Assembly: GCF_001465295.1 (NCBI RefSeq)
Contig: NZ_CP011034.1
Span: 2,820,001-2,852,000, forward strand
From: Pseudoalteromonas translucida KMM 520
GTDB taxonomy: Bacteria; Pseudomonadota; Gammaproteobacteria; Enterobacterales; Alteromonadaceae
Length of the DNA: 32,000 nucleotides
Reading direction: 5' to 3'
The translations under genes were made by a program, and so were the position numbers. Of this stretch, positions 26,439 to 32,000 are shown piece by piece (positions within the stretch are counted from its first letter, which is position 1; each line of letters starts with the position of its first letter). The notes under the pieces are model-generated. The model saw nothing but the letters and a program-made list of their open reading frames with translations. It had not been told where the DNA came from and made no database searches.

Positions 26439-27775
26439 GGCTGCTCCGCCATAACGCATTGTATAAAGTCATCGCCGCGTTGCATGTAGTTATTGTACAT
26501 ATCAATACTGGCGCAAGCCGGTGCAAGTAACACAATATTACCGGGCTCGCTTAATTGCTTAGCCAGTGTTACCGCTTCGCTCATATTATTGGTTAAATGG
26601 CTTTTATTGGTTAATGCCATTAAATCTTTGGCATCTTTTCCAAAGCAAATTAGCGCTTTAACATGCTGCTGTAAGTAAGGTGTAAGCGCGTTTAAATCGG
26701 CTCCTTTTGCATCCCCACCAGCAATAACTATTAATTGTTGGCCATTAGTTGCAAGGCTATCTATTGCAGCAATAGTAGCGCCCACATTAGTGGCTTTAGA
26801 GTCATTAAAGTATTTAACTCCAGCAAGTTCAGCAACAAACTGACAGCGATGTGCAAGGCCATTGAATTGGCTAAATGCTGTACTGTATTGTGCTTTACTA
26901 ATATTAAACGGGCTAAGTAGCGCCATTACCGCAAGCGCATTTAAATAATTATGCTTGCCAACTACCGCCAAGCTAGTTACTGGTAAAAAGGCTTTGTTAA
27001 CCTGCATAAAATATGTTTGTTGTTGATATTCGCCAAGGCTGTAATCGCCTTGGTTAGCACCAAAACTTAATTGGGATTTTGCTTTACTGTGCGTGGCTTC
27101 GTCGTCTGCATTGGTTATCACTAAAGCTGCGTTATTATAAATACTCAGCTTGGAATCTATATAAGCTTGATAACTGGCGTAACGATCAAGGTGATCCTCT
27201 GAAACATTCAGCACGGTGGCGCTAATTGGCTGTAAACTTGTTGTGGTATCTAGCTGAAAACTAGACAACTCCAATACGTACACGTCAACGTCGTTGTTAC
27301 TTAAATCACTTTGCAGTAAATCAAGCACGGCGGTGCCAATGTTGCCACCCAATGCAGCTTTATAACCGGCAGCAAGTAATACCTGCTGCGCCAGTGTTAC
27401 TACTGTGGATTTACCATTGGATCCCGTAACAGCAACCACAGGTTTAGTATTAATGCGGGCAAACAACTCAACATCACCAATCACTTCAACGCCTGCGTTT
27501 ATAGCTTTAGCAATTGCTGGAATTGTTAAGCTAAGGCCTGGGCTAATAATGATCATATCGCTGGCGCAAAGATCGGCACTGTCCAAATCACCAAAACGGG
27601 TAGTTAACGTTGGCGTATTTTGTTTTAACCAATCAATTCCCGGTGGGTTTACTCGGCTATCAACCACCGTTGGTGTTAAACCCTGAGACACTAAAAAACG
27701 CACAATGCCCAGACCGGTTACACCGAGTCCGAGCACTGTTATTTGTTTGTTTTTTATCTCACTTAAGTATCGCAT
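26435..27775 (-). CDS. murD: UDP-N-acetylmuramoyl-L-alanine--D-glutamate ligase
   Basis: It has an N-terminal Rossmann motif (VLGLGVTG) and the P-loop VTGSNGKSTV, in the expected position. It begins immediately after the mraY TAA. Confidence 0.94.
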   Translation of the reverse strand: MRYLSEIKNKQITVLGLGVTGLGIVRFLVSQGLTPTVVDSRVNPPGIDWLKQNTPTLTTRFGDLDSADLCASDMIIISPGLSLTIPAIAKAINAGVEVIGDVELFARINTKPVVAVTGSNGKSTVVTLAQQVLLAAGYKAALGGNIGTAVLDLLQSDLSNNDVDVYVLELSSFQLDTTTSLQPISATVLNVSEDHLDRYASYQAYIDSKLSIYNNAALVITNADDEATHSKAKSQLSFGANQGDYSLGEYQQQTYFMQVNKAFLPVTSLAVVGKHNYLNALAVMALLSPFNISKAQYSTAFSQFNGLAHRCQFVAELAGVKYFNDSKATNVGATIAAIDSLATNGQQLIVIAGGDAKGADLNALTPYLQQHVKALICFGKDAKDLMALTNKSHLTNNMSEAVTLAKQLSEPGNIVLLAPACASIDMYNNYMQRGDDFIQCVMAEQP

Positions 27776-28858
27776 TTATCGAATCTTTAACGTCGCAAGG
27801 CCAGCTAACACTAGCACAATTGAAATAATCCAAAAGCGCACAATAACCCGTGGCTCTGGCCAACCTTTTAATTCGTAATGATGATGAATAGGCGCCATTC
27901 TAAAAATTCGTTGCCCGCGTAATTTATACGAGCCTACTTGTAAAATAACCGACAAGGCTTCCATTACAAATACCCCCCCCATAATAATAAGCAGTAACTC
28001 TTGGCGAACTAATACGGCAATAATACCCAATGCACCGCCTAACGCTAATGAGCCTACATCGCCCATAAATACTTGCGCTGGGTAAGTGTTAAACCATAAA
28101 AAGCCTAGCCCTGCGCCTACTATTGCGGTACATACCACAACAAGCTCGCTGGCCAGCGGTAAATATGGAATATGTAAGTAATTCGAAAAATTCACATTAC
28201 CAGTTAAGTAAGCAATAATTGCCAGTGCTGCCGCCACTAAAATAGTGGGTACTATGGCAAGGCCATCAAGTCCATCGGTAAGGTTTACCGCGTTTGATGT
28301 TCCTACTAACGCAAAATAGGTAATAACAATGTAAAACAAGCCTAGTTGCGGTAATACATCTTTAAAAAATGGTACAACTAACGAAGTTTCATTGGCTTGA
28401 GTGCTGGTAAAAAATAATGCACAAGCAACAACTAAGGCTATAACTGATTGCCAAAAGTACTTCCACTTAGCAATTAAACCTTTAGGGTCTTTACGAATAA
28501 CTTTTCGGTAATCATCCACAAAACCAACTATACCTAACGAGCCAATAACAAATAACGTTGCCCAAACATATTTATTTGATAAGTCGGCCCATAATAAGGT
28601 ACTGGTAAAAATAGCCGCTAAAATCAGTAAGCCACCCATAGTAGGTGTTCCCGATTTTGATAAATGCGATTGTGGGCCGTCATCGCGCACTGTTTGCCCT
28701 ATTTGCATACGTTGCAAAGCGCGAATTAACTTAGGCCCTAAATAAAGCGACATCATTAATGCGGTTAAAATCCCTAAAATAGCACGTAGGGTTAAGTACG
28801 AAAAAACATTAAAGCCCGTGTAATATTGGGTTAAATACTCTGCCAGCCAAACTAACAT
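27776..28858 (-). CDS. mraY: Phospho-N-acetylmuramoyl-pentapeptide transferase
   Basis: It is a 10-TM protein with [32 protein letters not shown] and APIHHHYE. Confidence 0.96.
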   Translation of the reverse strand: MLVWLAEYLTQYYTGFNVFSYLTLRAILGILTALMMSLYLGPKLIRALQRMQIGQTVRDDGPQSHLSKSGTPTMGGLLILAAIFTSTLLWADLSNKYVWATLFVIGSLGIVGFVDDYRKVIRKDPKGLIAKWKYFWQSVIALVVACALFFTSTQANETSLVVPFFKDVLPQLGLFYIVITYFALVGTSNAVNLTDGLDGLAIVPTILVAAALAIIAYLTGNVNFSNYLHIPYLPLASELVVVCTAIVGAGLGFLWFNTYPAQVFMGDVGSLALGGALGIIAVLVRQELLLIIMGGVFVMEALSVILQVGSYKLRGQRIFRMAPIHHHYELKGWPEPRVIVRFWIISIVLVLAGLATLKIR

Positions 28859-30240
28859 TAAAATACTCCATTGATGGCTTGTTGCTGGCCATTAACTAAA
28901 TCGGTTACTAAAAGCTCCATGCGAGAACTGCGTGATCCCTTCACGACTATGGTGGTTTTTTTATCTACTTTTTTAATACTTGTTTGAATTTGTTGCAGCA
29001 TTTGCTCACGGTTTGAAAAGTGCCTATTTGGCAGCCCATACACATCACTGGCGTAGCGACTTAATACACCTAAAGTAAACAGCTCATTGATGCCTTGCTC
29101 TAATGCATATTCGCCTACTTCTTGATGATATTGACGTGCTTCTTCGCCAAGTTCACCCATGTCGCCCAGTGCTAAAATACGATGCCCTTGCATATCACTT
29201 AGTAAATCAATGGCGGCTTTAACCGACTTAACATTGGCGTTATAGGTATCATCAACCACAGTTAATAAATCAGAAACATTAATTAAATTAACGCGGCCTT
29301 TTACATCTCCCATGGTTGCCAATGCATTAGCAATATCCTCAAGGGTGACATCAAACTCACTGGTTAGTGCAGCTGCAATAAGTGCATTACTAATATTATG
29401 CTTACCTGGTAGCGCAAGCTTAACCGGTATTTGTGCGTTTTTAGTGCACAGGGTAAAGCTAGCGCGAGCATTTTCATCTAGGCTAATATTTTCAGCCCAA
29501 ATATCGAGTTTTTCACTGCTCGAAAAACGCGTTACTTTCCGGCCATCGAGTTTATCTAGCCAGTATTGGCTAAACTCACTGTCGCAATTAACAATGGCAA
29601 CGCCATCATCTTTAAGCCCGTCAAAAATTTCACCTTTGGCTTTAGCCACCCCCATTAAGCTGCCAAAACCTTCTAAGTGAGCGGCGGCTACATTACATAC
29701 CACGGCAACATCGGGTTTGGTCATAGCGGTGGTATAAGCAATTTCACCTAAATGGTTTGCACCTAACTCTATAACGGCAAAACGGTGTTGCGGCTCTAAG
29801 CGTAATAAGGTTAGCGGTACGCCAATATCGTTATTAAAATTACCTTTAGTGGCTAGTACATCACCATGCACAGATAAAATTGCAGCGCACATTTCTTTTA
29901 CTGTGGTTTTGCCAACACTGCCAGTAATAGCAATGGTTTTAGGGGCAACTTGCGCCATTACTGCGCCGCCTATAACCCCTAATGCTAAACGGGTATCTGC
30001 AACTATAAACTGTGGAATATCGACATCAACTTTGTGCTGCACAATAACGCCAATCGCGCCATTTTGTTTCGCTTGGGCAATAAACTTATGACCATCAAAA
30101 TTTGGCCCTTTTAGTGCTAAAAACACTTCACCACTGCAAATGCTGCGAGTATCTGTATTTATATTTAGCACTGGTTGATTATCACCTTGATAATCGGTTG
30201 CTAGCACGTTAGCTAGCCAATCAAAATCCATCGGGATCAT
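28858..30240 (-). CDS. murF: UDP-N-acetylmuramoyl-tripeptide--D-alanyl-D-alanine ligase
   Basis: It has the P-loop [12 protein letters not shown] and the Mur ligase middle and C-terminal domains. The preferred start, ATG 30240, overlaps the murE TGA (ATGA). The track start at 30297 adds a basic 19-aa extension inside murE. There is a TAATG overlap with mraY. Confidence 0.93.
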   Translation of the reverse strand: MIPMDFDWLANVLATDYQGDNQPVLNINTDTRSICSGEVFLALKGPNFDGHKFIAQAKQNGAIGVIVQHKVDVDIPQFIVADTRLALGVIGGAVMAQVAPKTIAITGSVGKTTVKEMCAAILSVHGDVLATKGNFNNDIGVPLTLLRLEPQHRFAVIELGANHLGEIAYTTAMTKPDVAVVCNVAAAHLEGFGSLMGVAKAKGEIFDGLKDDGVAIVNCDSEFSQYWLDKLDGRKVTRFSSSEKLDIWAENISLDENARASFTLCTKNAQIPVKLALPGKHNISNALIAAALTSEFDVTLEDIANALATMGDVKGRVNLINVSDLLTVVDDTYNANVKSVKAAIDLLSDMQGHRILALGDMGELGEEARQYHQEVGEYALEQGINELFTLGVLSRYASDVYGLPNRHFSNREQMLQQIQTSIKKVDKKTTIVVKGSRSSRMELLVTDLVNGQQQAINGVF

Positions 30241-31715
30241 GCTTGAGTCCCTCTTACTGCTTTTTTTAGTTGTTGTTGTACGTAACGGCGATCGCAAAAG
30301 TCGATGCGCTGATCACCTATTATTTGATAGTCTTCATGGCCTTTACCTGCAATAAGAATAACTTCGTCTGCTTTGGCATTGTTTATTGCGTAACTAATAG
30401 CTGTTGCTCTATCGGCCTCTAAATAAGCTTTTGTTGGCTGCGCTAAACCTTGTACTACATCGGCAATAATGGCGTCAGGGTTTTCTGAACGCGGATTATC
30501 ACTGGTAATAATAACCTTATCTGCATTTTGCTCTGCCGCTTGTGCCATTAATGCCCGCTTGCCTTTATCACGGTCGCCACCACAGCCAAATACACAGCTT
30601 ACTCCACCAGGTACATGCTGCTGTAATGCTTGCAGCGCAAGCGCAAGCGCCTCGGGTGTGTGAGCGTAATCAACAATACAGGTTGGCTTGCCTTTGGCGC
30701 TAAATGCTTGCATGCGCCCAGCTACCGGTTGCAATTGCACGCAGCCTGCAATTAATTGTTCTAGCGGATAACCTAGCCCTAATAAAGTTGCAAGTGCCGC
30801 AGTTAAATTATATAAATTAAATTCGCCAAATAACGGCGACTCAATGGCAATATCGCCCCAGCTTGTAGTTAATTGTGCTGCTATGCCTTGCGCTGAATAA
30901 GTAACGTTTGAAAAGTACACAAACTGTGCATTTTTAGGTGGTAAGTTTTTTCGCCCGTAACACACTAAAGTGTTAAAGCTGTATTTTTCGAGCCATTGAT
31001 CTGTTTGTCCATCATCTTGATTAAGAACCACAAGTTCAGGCTCAAAGTCTTTAAACAACATTAGCTTGGCATCACCATAACGCGCCATGTCACCATGGTA
31101 ATCGAGGTGATCCCGCGATAAATTAGTAAATACCGCCGCTTTAAATTGACACTGTGCAACCCGCAGCTGTACTAATCCGTGGGATGACACTTCCATCGCC
31201 ACCAGCTTGGTATTTTGCTGTTTTAAATCATTTAAAATTCGTTGTAAATCAACCGACGATGGCGTGGTATTTATTAGTGGTGTTAAGTTATCTGGATGAC
31301 CATAGCCTAAGGTGCCAATAATGGCCGACTGGCTGTTACAAAACTGCGCTAAATGAGCAATCATAGCTGTGGTGGTCGATTTACCGTTTGTACCTGTCAC
31401 ACCAATTAAATCAAGCATGTGGCTTGGCTGCTGGTAAAAGCGACTCGCCAACTCAGGGAGCTTTTTAGTTAGCTCTGACACTAAGTAAAGTGGCTCAAAG
31501 CTAGTTTCAAATTCACATAGTCTGTCGGCAATAATTGCAACCGCGCCATTTTCAATTGCCTTAGCAATAAATTGTCCGCCATCTAATTGATGACCTTTAA
31601 TTGCCACAAATACGTCACCGGGCGTTACTTCTCGGCTATCAAGGCGTAAGTGCCCTACTAGTTGCGAGGGGGCATCTATCTCTATATATTTTAAAATCGC
31701 TTTTAAATCACGCAT
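30237..31715 (-). CDS. murE: UDP-N-acetylmuramoyl-L-alanyl-D-glutamate--2,6-diaminopimelate ligase
   Basis: It has the P-loop VTGTNGKSTT and the meso-DAP specificity motif DNPR (TSDNPRSE). It overlaps the ftsI end by 8 nt. Confidence 0.94.
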   Translation of the reverse strand: MRDLKAILKYIEIDAPSQLVGHLRLDSREVTPGDVFVAIKGHQLDGGQFIAKAIENGAVAIIADRLCEFETSFEPLYLVSELTKKLPELASRFYQQPSHMLDLIGVTGTNGKSTTTAMIAHLAQFCNSQSAIIGTLGYGHPDNLTPLINTTPSSVDLQRILNDLKQQNTKLVAMEVSSHGLVQLRVAQCQFKAAVFTNLSRDHLDYHGDMARYGDAKLMLFKDFEPELVVLNQDDGQTDQWLEKYSFNTLVCYGRKNLPPKNAQFVYFSNVTYSAQGIAAQLTTSWGDIAIESPLFGEFNLYNLTAALATLLGLGYPLEQLIAGCVQLQPVAGRMQAFSAKGKPTCIVDYAHTPEALALALQALQQHVPGGVSCVFGCGGDRDKGKRALMAQAAEQNADKVIITSDNPRSENPDAIIADVVQGLAQPTKAYLEADRATAISYAINNAKADEVILIAGKGHEDYQIIGDQRIDFCDRRYVQQQLKKAVRGTQA

Positions 31716-32000
31716 CGTTCTCTTTACCTTTTACGTACGCTACCTCTTCCTTATCGGGCGCTACGTTTAATATTCTTAATGCGTTAGAGACGATCTCTGC
31801 AAATGCAGGGCCAGCAGTGGCACCTCCATAGTACACATCGCCGCCGGGTTCGTTAATCATCACTACCACTGCTAATCTAGGATTACTCGCAGGTGCAATA
31901 CCGGCAAAGTAGCCTACATATTCATCACCGTAGCCACCAACAGCTGCTTTTTTAGAAGTACCTGTTTTACCAGCAGCACGATAACCATCCACGTTAATTC
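31708..32000 (-). CDS. ftsI: Peptidoglycan D,D-transpeptidase FtsI (PBP3), C-terminal end; gene continues beyond the window end
   Basis: The ORF is open to the window edge (...INVDGYRAAGKTGTSKK...). It has the KTG motif and a conserved C-terminal YYGG.TAGPAF. It lies upstream of murE. Confidence 0.88.
   Translation of the reverse strand, partial: INVDGYRAAGKTGTSKKAAVGGYGDEYVGYFAGIAPASNPRLAVVVMINEPGGDVYYGGATAGPAFAEIVSNALRILNVAPDKEEVAYVKGKENDA

Noticed and set aside
30241-30297. A basic 19-aa N-terminal extension of murF. Similar extensions occur at ftsW (26439-26459), lpxC (18436-18447) and ftsQ (21820-21849).
   Set aside because: The downstream ATGs give orthologue-like N-termini and the classic ATGA or adjacent stop/start junctions of dcw clusters.
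16950-31831. Numerous plus-strand ORFs of 60-199 aa overlapping yjjG (minus-strand ORF 16950-17336) and the dcw genes, for example 18609-19208 (199 aa), 20718-21086, 21488-21853, 22122-22385, 24650-24964, 29312-29680 and 30469-30663.
   Set aside because: All lie antisense to, or out of frame within, genes whose identity is unambiguous. They have low-complexity A/S/T/P/L-rich products and no SD or start context. They are typical shadow ORFs.
1-32000. A search by eye for CRISPR arrays, tandem repeats, IS termini, and rRNA, tRNA or other structured RNA genes.
   Set aside because: All intergenic gaps are 230 bp or shorter and are accounted for by promoters, terminators or the hairpins listed. 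No periodic repeat-spacer structure or tRNA cloverleaf was seen.

Overview
This looks like a chromosomal segment of an AT-rich gammaproteobacterium, probably Alteromonadales or Pseudoalteromonas-like. That assignment is an inference from composition and from by-eye similarity of many products to E. coli orthologues; no search was run. The right half (about 17.5-32 kb, all on the minus strand) is the distal part of the dcw division and cell-wall cluster in canonical order: ftsI(3' end)-murE-murF-mraY-murD-ftsW-murG-murC-ddlB-ftsQ-ftsA-ftsZ-lpxC. Its genes abut or overlap (ATGA, TAATG, TAAATG junctions). The left half is a mosaic of small housekeeping and accessory units:
- the rnr 5' end
- a crotonase-family gene
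- a DesK/DesR-type two-component pair preceded by a mini-ORF
- an EamA transporter, glycerophosphodiesterase and MCP unit
- queG
- a GNAT acetyltransferase
- an exported glutathione-peroxidase-like protein
- ppiC
- a GST-like protein
- an acidic DUF2750-like protein
- a 5'-truncated, catalytically degenerate integrase-like ORF behind a 17-bp perfect inverted repeat
- a secreted M1 aminopeptidase
- a secreted beta-propeller protein plus an orphan ORF
- prkB-yjjX-yjjG

I saw no rRNA, tRNA, CRISPR array, IS element or long repeat. I did not find a convincing multi-gene novel system. The best leads are modest:
- the mini-ORF and intramembrane-sensing kinase module, with a candidate operator
- the open but catalytically dead integrase-like ORF with its nested hairpins
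- the orphan ORF at 13.8-14.2 kb
- the translationally coupled EamA-GDPD pair

Several ORF-track starts are too far upstream. I corrected them using Shine-Dalgarno (SD) sequences, stop/start overlaps and orthologue N-termini.
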